The translations under genes and the position numbers were made by a program. Under the pieces are notes generated by a model. That model did not search any database, had not been told where the DNA came from, and saw only the letters and a program-made list of their open reading frames with translations. From a virus, in IMG/VR virus record IMGVR_UViG_3300018868_001080: DNA of 64,000 nucleotides; one strand, 5' to 3'. The first letter of the stretch is position 1, and every line of letters starts with the position of its first letter. Positions 18,869 to 29,823 of the stretch are shown here, piece after piece.

Positions 18869-20725
18869 ATGAGTTCAACAACAAATCAAGACGCCAATCT
18901 TACAATTAATCAGCAAGGCTATGCTGCATTTGATGCCACATCATTAAAGCAGTTAATTATTGACAGGCTCAACAACGGCACACTCTTCACAGATCAAAAC
19001 TATGAGGGGAGCAATATTTCAGCAGTTATTGACATTGTTTCCTATGCTTACCATGTGCTCTTGTTTTATCTGAACAGGACAGCATCTGAAAGCTTGTTCA
19101 GCCAGGCAACACTTTATGAAAACATAAGCAAAATTGTAAAGGAATTAAATTACAAACCCATTGGGTACCAGACTGCACTTTTAAGTTTTGTGGCCACTGC
19201 TTCAAAACTTCTCATCAAAGATACATACACCATTAAAAGATATTCTTACTTCACTGTGAATGGTGTTAGCTACAGTTTCAATAGTGACGTTACTTTTGTT
19301 AAAAACACGGACACCGACGAAGCATTAACACTCTTCAGTGACAACAATTTGCTGTATCAAGGTGCGTATGTAGAATACCCGCTGTACAATGCCATAGGCG
19401 ATGATTTTGAGGCCCTCACTATAACCTATGTGGCAAATAATGCAAATCAAAAAATTGACCATTTTAACATTGATGTGTATGTGAAAGAAAAAACAACTGG
19501 CAAGTATTACAAATATGCTGAAACATCGTCACTGTTCTTGAATGATTCCAACGCGCGTGTATTTGAAAAACGTTTTGATGAAAATGAAAGATATGAAATT
19601 AAATTTGGCAATGGCATCACAGGCAGAAAGTTACAAGCTGGGGATCAAGTAGCAATATATTTCTTACAAACAGATGGTACACAAGGTGAGATAGACATTG
19701 GCATCTTAAATTCAAACAAGTTATTTTTGTACAGTTCTTTGCGGTACAACAGCATCATAGCTGATACTGTATCTGAAAATCTGCTGCTCTTGGACGACAA
19801 TCAAACCAAATACCTCACATTTTCTAACACTGACCCATCCACAAGCTATCAGGACAAAGAATCAGCCGAGCAAATCAAATCAAATGCACCCAAGATTTAC
19901 AATTCACAATACAGACTGGTTACTGCTAGTGACTATGAGGTGTTCGTAAATAGAAACTTTGCAAACATTATAAGCTCCACAAAAGCTGTTAATAACTGGG
20001 ATTACTTAAACGGGCATTTCCGATACTTTTACGACTTGCAGTTGAACAAACCCAATGATGATTCACGTGTTCTATTGAACCAGACTCGTTTTGCTGATAC
20101 TTGTGATTTTAACAATGTGTACATATATGGCATTCCACGATTGGAAAGAATCACCTCACTTACACAGCGAACAAATTATCTCAACGCTGCACAAAAAGAA
20201 CTGCTGCTCAATCAATTGCAAAACTACAAGACACTCACAGCAGAAGTAATAATAACTGACCCTGTGTATGTGGCTGTTGATTTTGGAATAAGACGGGCAG
20301 GTGAAACGTTGTCTCCTGATATAACCAACGATTGCAAGCTTGTGATAACCAAGAATGTATTGTCACAGATTGATAACCAAACTATTAAAAACAATGCATA
20401 CAACATTATAAAAACATTCTTTGACTCCAGAAACAATAGCCTGGGCATATTATTTGATATAAACGACATCACATCCCAAATTTTTAATATTGCAGGTGTG
20501 GAAGATTTTTATGTTGAGAGAACAGATGAACAGGGCACGTTTACTGTGCCTGGCTTAAATTTTCTGTTCTGGAATCCTGTGTATCCAGATGGTGATACAC
20601 AAATCATTGCTCAGAATTATCAATTGCCGTACTTCAAGTATCCCTTCTTGAATAACCCACTTGAATTTCTTAACAAAATAGAGGTGCTCGCAACAACAAA
20701 TGTTAATACAAAAATTGAGTATTAA
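18869..20725 (+). CDS. Baseplate wedge protein gp6-like
   Basis: FTDQNYEGSNIS..ID..SY, ES.FSQA...EN......LNY.P, IKFGNG..G, RLVTASDYE. Confidence 0.92.
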   Translation: MSSTTNQDANLTINQQGYAAFDATSLKQLIIDRLNNGTLFTDQNYEGSNISAVIDIVSYAYHVLLFYLNRTASESLFSQATLYENISKIVKELNYKPIGYQTALLSFVATASKLLIKDTYTIKRYSYFTVNGVSYSFNSDVTFVKNTDTDEALTLFSDNNLLYQGAYVEYPLYNAIGDDFEALTITYVANNANQKIDHFNIDVYVKEKTTGKYYKYAETSSLFLNDSNARVFEKRFDENERYEIKFGNGITGRKLQAGDQVAIYFLQTDGTQGEIDIGILNSNKLFLYSSLRYNSIIADTVSENLLLLDDNQTKYLTFSNTDPSTSYQDKESAEQIKSNAPKIYNSQYRLVTASDYEVFVNRNFANIISSTKAVNNWDYLNGHFRYFYDLQLNKPNDDSRVLLNQTRFADTCDFNNVYIYGIPRLERITSLTQRTNYLNAAQKELLLNQLQNYKTLTAEVIITDPVYVAVDFGIRRAGETLSPDITNDCKLVITKNVLSQIDNQTIKNNAYNIIKTFFDSRNNSLGILFDINDITSQIFNIAGVEDFYVERTDEQGTFTVPGLNFLFWNPVYPDGDTQIIAQNYQLPYFKYPFLNNPLEFLNKIEVLATTNVNTKIEY

Positions 20726-20727
20726 AA

Positions 20728-23700
20728 ATGGCTTTAATTAATACAAATGAACTTTACATCAAAGTTTTAGATTATACTGGCACACCATCATTAAGCACAT
20801 ATGCATTGCCACAGACACCCCTAACATTTGTACCTGATTATTCTGTAGTCCAACTACTATCCACTGTTTCGTTTGTATCTTCACTCACATCTTATACAAA
20901 CACATTCTATATTCCTGATGGAAACGATTACTCCAATATTAAAATAAGATGGGATTTTGGTGACGGAACGTACCAGATAAGCCCCACCGGTACACATGCA
21001 TACAATTACCCTGGCACATACAAAGTAACATTATATCTCATTAATGAGAATGGTGAGAGCTTTAAAAACAATTTCATAGTCAATGTGACTGTTGCAAATT
21101 ATTTGCAAGATGATTGGAAATTCTCTCCTTACCAAAACTTCATAATTGATATACCTGCAGGCAGACTATCTGATAAGATTACAATCAACAGACAGAATAG
21201 TTGGCAGACTTACAATGCACTATCTGGCACTGGCTACACATTCAACCTGTATGCCAGCGGCTCTGGCACATATTATTATGATGTTAAGAATTATTATAAA
21301 GATAAATGGGCACACTTAAAAAAGTTCTTTAAATTTATTAAGAAACAAACAATCAACAATCTATTACAGGATGTTATCATAAACAACATTGAAACATCCA
21401 ATACTGAAATTTATGCAAAAAAATTAGCTGGCGGTATATCTGTTTGTAGTAAGAATGATACAGGTGCCTTTTTTGTGGGTACAACTGGCAGTGCAGAGTT
21501 TTATTATACTGATGATAGCAATAAGAACAACACATCTACTAACGATCCTATCTTCATATATGCAAATCTAGACACAAGTAAATTTTATGATAGCTTAGGA
21601 AATGCAGAGCAAGCATATGTCAATCTTACCCCGCTAGAGTTGAGCTACTTGAACACCATGCCTGCAGTATTGCCCATCATCAAGACCAGATACAATCCTG
21701 CAGCTGCGCTCACTATAACGTCCAATGGATTGGACGGTGAAGGTGAATCCACCATCAACAGCTTTGCACTCAACAAGACTAGCTTTGCAAATACCAAGAT
21801 ACCGTTCGTTCTCAAGTTAAAAGATCAAGACAACTACACAACAAAAAGTTACCCCTACCTGTCATCAACTAATATTGCTCCACTCACTTCTTACTATTTC
21901 AATATAAACCTGCTGGACGATAACAATACAATTGTACCTTCTGTATCATTCTACAAAACAGATTTTGAAAAAGAAATTTTCCAGTCAGGTGGATTCTACA
22001 GAGGATACCTGGTGTGTGATACAGAGGTTCAAAATGCCAAGCTATCTGCTTCTGTGTACATAGATGATATACCAAACTTTGAGCAAGACACTGCATTCAT
22101 TTTTTACTCACAACCCTACACCCATTACATACCCAGAATATTTTCAACCACCATGTACAGCAAGGTGCTAAACACACCATTTGAATCAACCAACACCACA
22201 TACGACTTTCTGGACACAATTGACAACAGAAGCATATTCACAATCACACAAATACCTTCTTCAAATAATGTCAGCAATGATTACTGCTTTTGGGCTGCAG
22301 ATTCTGATTCTGATCGCTTGCTAAAAATGGATTACAACGGTGGTATCATTGCCACAGTAAATCTTTCTGCTGCCATGTTGAGCAATGGTACTGCTGTTGA
22401 TTTGCGCAACATATATGGCAGTGCTTCACCTTGCAGCATTGCCTTGGATAACAATAACAATGCTTTCGTGACACTATTTGATAGTGGCTCTGTTATTCGG
22501 ATCAACAACATAACAAATTTAATTGACAGAATCGGCATACCACCGGTCAGTGCCATCGGAACTAACACTTTCTTAATATCATCTGATTATACAAGCAATC
22601 AAGGCTGGGTAGGTGAGTTTACTCTCTTACCGGCAAGTGTGGATGTGGATAAAGATGGCAATGTTTATGTGGTGTATACACACCCACTATCTACAACTCT
22701 TGTACGCTTTGATAACGAGTTGAATTACAAGAAAAAAATTACAGGATCGTTTAGTATCACAGATTATGCACAAAAGATTATCATTGACAGGAACAATAAC
22801 ATCTGGATGGCCACAACTCGAAAAGAAAACAGTTCCACAGGCAGTGTAAACCTGTCAGGTAAGAATGATCTTATTTGGCTACTAAAAGATACTGGAACTG
22901 CTTTTATACCAACCTTAACCACATTTGCAGGGTTCAAGCAAATAAGTGACATCACAGTGGATGGTAATCAAAGCTGTTGGGTATCACATGATGTATCAAC
23001 AGTGACAAAACTTGAATACAATCAACTCACCAGGGAGTTTGCACGTCACGATTTCAACATGGGTGAAGTGTATGGTAACTCTACAGATTACTTGCAGAGC
23101 ATTGAAGGCATCTCTTGCAACTCATTGAATGAGATTGTTATTATCAATAATTTTGATTTAAAAATATACTTTCTTGATGCAACTGCTACAACTCAACCCA
23201 CTTTAAGCAGCTTGAAGCAAATACAACTACAGTCAGCACCAAATAATTTCATGGAATATCCCATCTCTGCTTATTATGATAGTGTATATCAAGCAAATGG
23301 TGATTTTTTAGGATACAACTGGATTAATAAGTATTATTATTCTGCTGCTAATACCAGAATCATCACCGGCACATCCTCTACGTTCAGCATTTACCCTGCA
23401 TCTGGTTACAATTTAATATTCAAAGAAAATGAAAACTTTGATGGTGAGGGCATGTATAGAAATTTTGCATTAATGGAAACACTGCAAGATAAGAATGTTT
23501 TTTTTGACGACTTTTTGGGCAAAATCGTTGGCAATCAGCAGTCCAATGCAAACAATGCATTATTAAAAAAGATCTATGAGAAGATTTCTAATTTCTCTGA
23601 CAACATTGCAGCTGTAGACACATGCAATGTTGATTCATTAATCTCCAAATGCAACATGTTTGATGTCGCGTATGAAAACTACAGCTACCCATACCCTGCA

Positions 23701-24228
23701 TCACTCAAGCGTGTCATTGATATCATAAGCATCAAGCGAAATAAATTATTTGGTAGCTTAAACCAAAGTAATTATAGCTTCTCAAGCAATTCAGACGACT
23801 TTAACCTGGGCAGTATATTGAACCTGACAACTGATACTTTTTCTGCAACTGAAATCCTCGTGGCAAGAGAGAAATTCTCCAACATCTACAAACCTGTTAA
23901 TACAACCATCATCAATGGATATTCTGCTACTGACATAATTCCGCTAGCAGAGTTTACATATGATTGGGGTTGGGGGCTTGTAGCTCCGCAAGGCTTGTCA
24001 GGTTTGAATATAGGCGGTTACTATGATTTCTACCGTCTTAGTCTTACTAATCAACCAATCTACGACAATATCATTGATTTTGCTAATAAAAATTCTAACA
24101 TCATATTCAATCTCAGCACTTATGATGATTTTTATGGTGAGGGTGGCATCATGGATCAAAATATCACATATGCTTTCACTAATGGCTTGAGATTAATCTC
24201 CAGTGCAATGAACGTATATTACAATTAA
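20728..24228 (+). CDS. Large virion protein with PKD domain and beta-propeller repeats (peripheral baseplate, gp7-like C-terminus)
   Basis: PKD motif WDFGDGT....THAYNYPGTYKVTL; repeated IA.D.NNN.FV / V.VD.DGNVYV / IIID.NNNIW propeller blades; follows gp6. Confidence 0.7.
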   Translation: MALINTNELYIKVLDYTGTPSLSTYALPQTPLTFVPDYSVVQLLSTVSFVSSLTSYTNTFYIPDGNDYSNIKIRWDFGDGTYQISPTGTHAYNYPGTYKVTLYLINENGESFKNNFIVNVTVANYLQDDWKFSPYQNFIIDIPAGRLSDKITINRQNSWQTYNALSGTGYTFNLYASGSGTYYYDVKNYYKDKWAHLKKFFKFIKKQTINNLLQDVIINNIETSNTEIYAKKLAGGISVCSKNDTGAFFVGTTGSAEFYYTDDSNKNNTSTNDPIFIYANLDTSKFYDSLGNAEQAYVNLTPLELSYLNTMPAVLPIIKTRYNPAAALTITSNGLDGEGESTINSFALNKTSFANTKIPFVLKLKDQDNYTTKSYPYLSSTNIAPLTSYYFNINLLDDNNTIVPSVSFYKTDFEKEIFQSGGFYRGYLVCDTEVQNAKLSASVYIDDIPNFEQDTAFIFYSQPYTHYIPRIFSTTMYSKVLNTPFESTNTTYDFLDTIDNRSIFTITQIPSSNNVSNDYCFWAADSDSDRLLKMDYNGGIIATVNLSAAMLSNGTAVDLRNIYGSASPCSIALDNNNNAFVTLFDSGSVIRINNITNLIDRIGIPPVSAIGTNTFLISSDYTSNQGWVGEFTLLPASVDVDKDGNVYVVYTHPLSTTLVRFDNELNYKKKITGSFSITDYAQKIIIDRNNNIWMATTRKENSSTGSVNLSGKNDLIWLLKDTGTAFIPTLTTFAGFKQISDITVDGNQSCWVSHDVSTVTKLEYNQLTREFARHDFNMGEVYGNSTDYLQSIEGISCNSLNEIVIINNFDLKIYFLDATATTQPTLSSLKQIQLQSAPNNFMEYPISAYYDSVYQANGDFLGYNWINKYYYSAANTRIITGTSSTFSIYPASGYNLIFKENENFDGEGMYRNFALMETLQDKNVFFDDFLGKIVGNQQSNANNALLKKIYEKISNFSDNIAAVDTCNVDSLISKCNMFDVAYENYSYPYPASLKRVIDIISIKRNKLFGSLNQSNYSFSSNSDDFNLGSILNLTTDTFSATEILVAREKFSNIYKPVNTTIINGYSATDIIPLAEFTYDWGWGLVAPQGLSGLNIGGYYDFYRLSLTNQPIYDNIIDFANKNSNIIFNLSTYDDFYGEGGIMDQNITYAFTNGLRLISSAMNVYYN

Positions 24229-24240
24229 ATAATACACAAT

Positions 24241-27200
24241 ATGTCTGATATTTTAGAGAACAATATACTAGCAATAACAGTAAGTGACTCTATTGTTGCA
24301 GGCACTACAAACAATGCTGTAGATTATACTAAGCCACTTTCATTCACTGAGTGGTTGGTGCGCACAAACCCAACTGAAACAGACAACTCATATTTAATTA
24401 GTCAGTATAAAATGTATTTGCTCGCTTGGTACAAGACCAAGAATTTAGATACAAAAAATACAGAAGATTTTGTAAGATCTTCTTTCATATCACTTTTACG
24501 AGAGATTTTATTGAATTATTCTACCTTAGAAGAGCGAAGATTTGTAAGCAATGCAGATTTTAATAATGACCTGGAGCTGTACTCAGTTTTGCCCTTCTTT
24601 GTTAAAAAGATAAAAGAGATTTGCAATTACTATGCTCTATTAAGACAAAACGTCAGTTTTAAAAAATACGAAAATAGCTTGAAAGGATCACAGGGCGGTG
24701 TCATTTCGGTATTAAAGAATGCAATTTATAAGAATCTACAAGCTACACAAATATCATCAGCAGAATCAAATCTACTCAATTTATCTGCAATTAAGAACAA
24801 TTTAACTCTGGAAATTAAGGAACTATTTGATGACTCTCAGTACTTTGACTTGAACCCTGCTCTGCCTGCTACAACATACAACCCCACGTTCACTTCACAA
24901 TTTTATTCTTCAAATCTCAACGAACTGGACGCTACACTGTACACTAATTTTGATCAAAGCATCATTGATGCAATAAAGACTTACCCCTTCTTCTTAAACG
25001 ATTTTAAGACACCATACTCAATCAATGTGCAAGTGCAGGCCACTGATCTGGCATATCTCAGAGACAAAGACTTCATCAATCAAATTAATAATCAAGATAA
25101 AACTAACTTGAACCTTAATCTTGAAAAAGAGTTGATAGAGAAATTTATCGGTACTGATTATTACTATGTTAGCACAGGCTCCACCATAACTGACTTCACA
25201 TCTGGTGTACTGTTTCAAGCACAAGACAAGGCAGCCAATTCGCAGAACAAGCGCTTTCCTTCTGTTGCATCTGTGCAAAATGAAGAGAATTTAAAAACCA
25301 TACGAGAAATAGGCGGTTTCTTTCTACCAGATAGACTTGGTGTCTTAAATTTCAACAATTTCAAATACACTGTGCAAATTGACGAGGCACAATTGGAACC
25401 TAACAAGATTTATATTTTTCCTGACCCATACAAATATGGTAATATTTCAAATCTCTCTCTAACGGATTTTGAGAGCCCGTTGATTTACGAAGAAGATGTC
25501 ACCTGGATGCACTATAATAGATCAGCTCAATTTCTCTTTGGTAATGTGGTAAGTAATCCCTTGTACAAAGATTTCTACGCATACCACAGCAGAAGTCAAA
25601 CAGTTGGTTATCAGCCCTATGGCATGTCTCGAGATATTGATAGCACTGAATTTTTTGAAGGCTCAGGTAAAGATGTGTGGGCAAATTCTGATGTGTTTCC
25701 TGTGATTGAAAACGTGCTACCTCTGCAGGATCGTCAATTTAATTTATTAGCAATAAACAAGACTCTCATCAAATACAAGAGTGATATTTACAGCAACAAT
25801 TATGGATTATTTAAAGAAATTAATCCTGTAGGTGTGGGACCAGATGGTAGCAATCAAGGAGATTTTATTTCAGCAGACGAATTAAATTTCTTTAATTTTA
25901 CAGGTGGACGTGGTGGTCTCAATGGCACAGGACGCAAAGGACTCACCTACAATCAATTTGATGCAATAAGATCCACACGAAAGAAACCATGCATGATACT
26001 GGATGGTTATTTATTTTTTGACATTGATGATGGGTACAACTTCAATTTTGCAATTCCTAATGCTGCAAAAAGAGTGTCTGGTGTATATACACGCACCATC
26101 ACACAGATACCACCTGGCAGTGGATACTTCACGTCTGGACCAGGTATTCTTTCTGCATCACCCACCCCATATGCTAATTATAATATTGGATACCCCTACT
26201 CTGCACCACCCACTTTCAAACCACTGCCTACACCTCTGTTGCTTGTGGCATATGGTAAAGGGCACTTCATACCTGATGATTTTTGTGATGTCAACACAGT
26301 AAATTATTGCTTGCTGTTGGATTGTGTAACATTTGTGGATGCACTGAGCAATCTCCGGTTGGATGTATCATCAGATTCATCTGCATGGTCCACATCTGTG
26401 CCTGTGTATTACAGTGAATTGCTTGAAAGCAGCTTGACAACAACTTATACTAAGCCCAACAATGTAGAGAGAGCTACGTTCTCTTACACATACCCTGCAT
26501 CTGCACAAGTTATCCAAGAGCTCAACGGTTACAGGTTCAATCTGCAAGGCCAGACACCTTGTGCTGTAACCAACAGCAACACTTCACCTGCAGCAGATTA
26601 TAATCTTGACAACACAAGCTTTGTGAACTTGCCTGTGCCACCTGCCTATGCAACACAAGTGCAAAACCTCACAACCAATAGCATAGGAAGTAAAACGATC
26701 TATTCTGGACGCAACGAGATTGTGGGTGAAATGTACTATAAAAACGCCAATACTTCACGAGTGGATTTGATACAGAATGCATTATCTGCTGTGTTTATGA
26801 AATACCCTGTTGAAGTTCGAGACAGTGTCAATAATGGCATCATAAATTTTGATTTAATCTATAATGTCATTTTCATTGAAACTGCCGATTACTATATTGT
26901 GGACAAACTAGATTATAATTATGAAGAAAATGCTGTGGAACCGTTCAACAGTGATAAGAATTTCCTATCTACTTTCATAGTAAACAAGAGCGTAGAAAAG
27001 ATAAGCAATATTTTCTATAACGAAAAATTAAATGAAGCTGTATTCACAAGGCTGGTCTTGCTGCCCACCATGAGTGCAAGCAATCTCAAAATCATATACC
27101 CTGAAATATATAAAATAGACATTACCAATCCAGTATTAAAAAAGCTGTACCCTAACTTTGATTTGAATTATAACAACTTGTCAAGCTTCATTCACATTGA

Positions 27201-28068
27201 TGCAGATACAAACATAGACCGTATTGACAAGCCAATCATGACCTATAACGAGGATTCAAAAACATACCTCATAAATTATCTGGCCAAAGACAGTAATAAT
27301 GTATTTTTTAATGTTTTTGAAGAATTTCAAATTAAAAACAGCGATGTAATTTTTCTGCAAATGGTGTTCCACAAACCAGAATATCTCATCAAAGACTACA
27401 ATTTTACAATTGTTAATTCTGCAACTGCTCTGCAAAGCAATTCAATTGCAGGTGTGCTCTCTTCTTATCAAAACATCAATACACACACATATTGGTTCTG
27501 CATGTCCACTGAACCTGTTGTCATTGTGCCAGAATATGTAGCATGTTTATATGGTGTAGTGTTTGTACCAGTGGTGACACCGACACCCACCCCCACTATC
27601 ACTCCCACACCTACCCCCACACCATCCCCCACACCTGCACCCACACCTACGGTGCCACCTTGGATCAACGCTTGCAGTACTTACAGCGTAGAAGTTACTG
27701 GTGCGGGCACACTCGCTGCAGATGGCATATATGTTCTTTCTGCTGGCGATACAACGTTCTTCAGCCCAACTCCACAGTTTACTGTGTTCTATCAATCAAC
27801 TAGTGATTCTCGTTTCTTCTTAATTGGTAACAACAGCTATCCTGACAATAGTACCATATTCAAAGGAGCCATACTCTCCACTCTCTCAGCTGCGAGTGAA
27901 AACTTCACACTTATGTATACAAGCACAGGCCTGATGCTGGATTATGCATGCGTCCCATATGGAACATATGATGCAATTGGTGGTATTGACCCTGTATACC
28001 TGGAAACACAAAACTTATCAGGCGTACCCCCATATCCCACAGTTTCATTCTACAGCATGACACAATAA
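24241..28068 (+). CDS. Large virion structural protein with Pro/Thr linker and C-terminal accessory domain
   Basis: 1275 aa; KGS..G motif near the N-terminus like gp7-type wedge proteins; [25 protein letters not shown] linker; TAAATA upstream. Confidence 0.65.
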   Translation: MSDILENNILAITVSDSIVAGTTNNAVDYTKPLSFTEWLVRTNPTETDNSYLISQYKMYLLAWYKTKNLDTKNTEDFVRSSFISLLREILLNYSTLEERRFVSNADFNNDLELYSVLPFFVKKIKEICNYYALLRQNVSFKKYENSLKGSQGGVISVLKNAIYKNLQATQISSAESNLLNLSAIKNNLTLEIKELFDDSQYFDLNPALPATTYNPTFTSQFYSSNLNELDATLYTNFDQSIIDAIKTYPFFLNDFKTPYSINVQVQATDLAYLRDKDFINQINNQDKTNLNLNLEKELIEKFIGTDYYYVSTGSTITDFTSGVLFQAQDKAANSQNKRFPSVASVQNEENLKTIREIGGFFLPDRLGVLNFNNFKYTVQIDEAQLEPNKIYIFPDPYKYGNISNLSLTDFESPLIYEEDVTWMHYNRSAQFLFGNVVSNPLYKDFYAYHSRSQTVGYQPYGMSRDIDSTEFFEGSGKDVWANSDVFPVIENVLPLQDRQFNLLAINKTLIKYKSDIYSNNYGLFKEINPVGVGPDGSNQGDFISADELNFFNFTGGRGGLNGTGRKGLTYNQFDAIRSTRKKPCMILDGYLFFDIDDGYNFNFAIPNAAKRVSGVYTRTITQIPPGSGYFTSGPGILSASPTPYANYNIGYPYSAPPTFKPLPTPLLLVAYGKGHFIPDDFCDVNTVNYCLLLDCVTFVDALSNLRLDVSSDSSAWSTSVPVYYSELLESSLTTTYTKPNNVERATFSYTYPASAQVIQELNGYRFNLQGQTPCAVTNSNTSPAADYNLDNTSFVNLPVPPAYATQVQNLTTNSIGSKTIYSGRNEIVGEMYYKNANTSRVDLIQNALSAVFMKYPVEVRDSVNNGIINFDLIYNVIFIETADYYIVDKLDYNYEENAVEPFNSDKNFLSTFIVNKSVEKISNIFYNEKLNEAVFTRLVLLPTMSASNLKIIYPEIYKIDITNPVLKKLYPNFDLNYNNLSSFIHIDADTNIDRIDKPIMTYNEDSKTYLINYLAKDSNNVFFNVFEEFQIKNSDVIFLQMVFHKPEYLIKDYNFTIVNSATALQSNSIAGVLSSYQNINTHTYWFCMSTEPVVIVPEYVACLYGVVFVPVVTPTPTPTITPTPTPTPSPTPAPTPTVPPWINACSTYSVEVTGAGTLAADGIYVLSAGDTTFFSPTPQFTVFYQSTSDSRFFLIGNNSYPDNSTIFKGAILSTLSAASENFTLMYTSTGLMLDYACVPYGTYDAIGGIDPVYLETQNLSGVPPYPTVSFYSMTQ
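27575..27660 (+). repeat. Pro/Thr (mucin-like) coding repeat
   Basis: Encodes [29 protein letters not shown]; approximate bounds. Confidence 0.9.
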
Positions 28069-28076
28069 ATAACTAA

Positions 28077-28352
28077 ATGGCCACCTTGCCCTATGTATAT
28101 GCCGAATCGTTATCAGGCTCTGTAAAATATCTTGGAGAATGTTATGTTGCAACTGGTAACAGTGGCATTATTAATGCCAAAAAAGAAGAGTTTGTAGATG
28201 CACTAACATGTGACACTTGTTTGGGCCAATCACCGTTTCCTCTGCTTTCACCCACCCCTACCATCTCTCTGACACCGGACCCCACAAGAACCCCCACCCC
28301 CACCCCCACACCTACAGTGACACCCACGGTGACACCTACACCAGCCCCATAA
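28077..28352 (+). CDS. Small protein with three Cys and a Pro/Thr-rich C-terminal tail
   Basis: 91 aa; TAAATA 5 nt upstream; CY...CxxC followed by [34 protein letters not shown]. Confidence 0.75.
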   Translation: MATLPYVYAESLSGSVKYLGECYVATGNSGIINAKKEEFVDALTCDTCLGQSPFPLLSPTPTISLTPDPTRTPTPTPTPTVTPTVTPTPAP

Positions 28353-28353
28353 T

Positions 28354-29808
28354 ATGAATCTCTCTGCATCCAGATCCTTCTCTCTGCTGCCTGCAGATCA
28401 ATTGTCACCTGAAAATGATATTGTAGTTTCATTTGATTATGTGACCAATGTGTATGACAACTATTTGAATGTGTATGATAATGAATCACCATCTGAAGGA
28501 TTCTGTTTGTTCTTCTATGAAGGCAATGCACCATTGAGTGGTGGTGCACCAGGCGCAGGTCTGGGATATCTACCTGGTGCTGCCATTGTGACCAACAACA
28601 ACAATCTACTTCTTAGCGAAGGCAACAACACATTCACACCATATTATCTTACTGCATATGGCACTGCAAATGGCATGCCAGCTTACAGAGGTGATGCATC
28701 TGCACTCAGTGGTGCAAAGATTGATTTCTATATTGCTGGTTACAATGGCCTGTTTCCTAGCACGTCTGGGTGGCGAATTTGGGATGGCATAAGTAAGTAT
28801 TTTTATTACAGCAATGGTACTGCATTGTATCCCATGTGGGCCGTGAATTGGATTCATGGTCCTGACATTCAAACTGGTTGGGGATACCCCATAATCACCA
28901 GAAAAGATATGGGATACAGTTATGCAGGCAAAGCTGGTAGCTTGTTGGGAGTTGGTTTTGATTTCACAGGCAACTTCAGAGCCACTTATAATTCGTCAGC
29001 CACAGGCACTCCAGTCATCAATAATGTCACTCTTAGAAATGGTAATTATGATTACATAACAAATTCCAACAACCTTACTTCTACAAACTTTCTGCAACCC
29101 ACCATACTTTGGAATAGCTTGGCCAACAGCATGACACCAAGCATTGGCAACCGGGTCAAAGTGCGGCTAACAGACTTGGGCAAAACAATCAATGTGAAAA
29201 TACGACCACACAATAAAGATGAATATGTGGATGTGTTAACCCACAATGCACAAGATTTAGGACCAGGCAACACCACAGACAGTGTCAAAGTGGGGTTGAA
29301 CTTCTCTTCACTCAACAACACAGAGTTTGGTGTTCGTAATTTTAACATTGCAGGTGTAGCTGCTACAGCAACACCCACTGTGACACCTACACCTACACTC
29401 ACACCCACTGTGACACCCACCAGGACACCTACTGCAACACCTGGCGCATCACCAACTGCAACACCAACTGTAACACCCACTCCCACACGCACTGTGACGC
29501 CTACTAACACGGCCACACCCACTGTGACGCCTACTAACACGGCCACACCCACTGTGACGCCTACCATAACTGTGACACCCACCATATCACAAACACCAGG
29601 TGCATCACCCACAGCGACACCTACTGCGACACCTACACTCACACCACCACCTTCAGTTACACCTACTGCAACACCCACTGTGACACCTACTGCAACACTC
29701 ACACCTACACCTACTGTGACACCCACAACATCTGCACTGCCATCACCGTTCCCTGCAGGCGCACCAATCACTGATGGTATCATTGTGGGCATAGGTAATA
29801 TCCTATAA
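28354..29808 (+). CDS. L-type (legume-like) lectin domain protein with long mucin-like Pro/Thr stalk
   Basis: EGFCLFF...[10 protein letters not shown]...LGVGFD..GNF...VKVGL.FS matches the L-lectin pattern; about 120-aa TP-rich tract. Confidence 0.7.
   Translation: MNLSASRSFSLLPADQLSPENDIVVSFDYVTNVYDNYLNVYDNESPSEGFCLFFYEGNAPLSGGAPGAGLGYLPGAAIVTNNNNLLLSEGNNTFTPYYLTAYGTANGMPAYRGDASALSGAKIDFYIAGYNGLFPSTSGWRIWDGISKYFYYSNGTALYPMWAVNWIHGPDIQTGWGYPIITRKDMGYSYAGKAGSLLGVGFDFTGNFRATYNSSATGTPVINNVTLRNGNYDYITNSNNLTSTNFLQPTILWNSLANSMTPSIGNRVKVRLTDLGKTINVKIRPHNKDEYVDVLTHNAQDLGPGNTTDSVKVGLNFSSLNNTEFGVRNFNIAGVAATATPTVTPTPTLTPTVTPTRTPTATPGASPTATPTVTPTPTRTVTPTNTATPTVTPTNTATPTVTPTITVTPTISQTPGASPTATPTATPTLTPPPSVTPTATPTVTPTATLTPTPTVTPTTSALPSPFPAGAPITDGIIVGIGNIL
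29365..29730 (+). repeat. Pro/Thr coding repeat including a perfect 30-bp tandem repeat (x2.5)
   Basis: ACTGTGACGCCTACTAACACGGCCACACCC at 29491-29520 and 29521-29550, partial copy to 29564; outer bounds approximate. Confidence 0.9.
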
Positions 29809-29811
29809 ATA
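29804..29811 (+). promoter_or_regulatory. T4-type late promoter TATAAATA
   Basis: Exact consensus overlapping the upstream stop codon, 12 nt before ATG 29824. Confidence 0.6.
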
Positions 29812-29823
29812 ACATCATTCATC

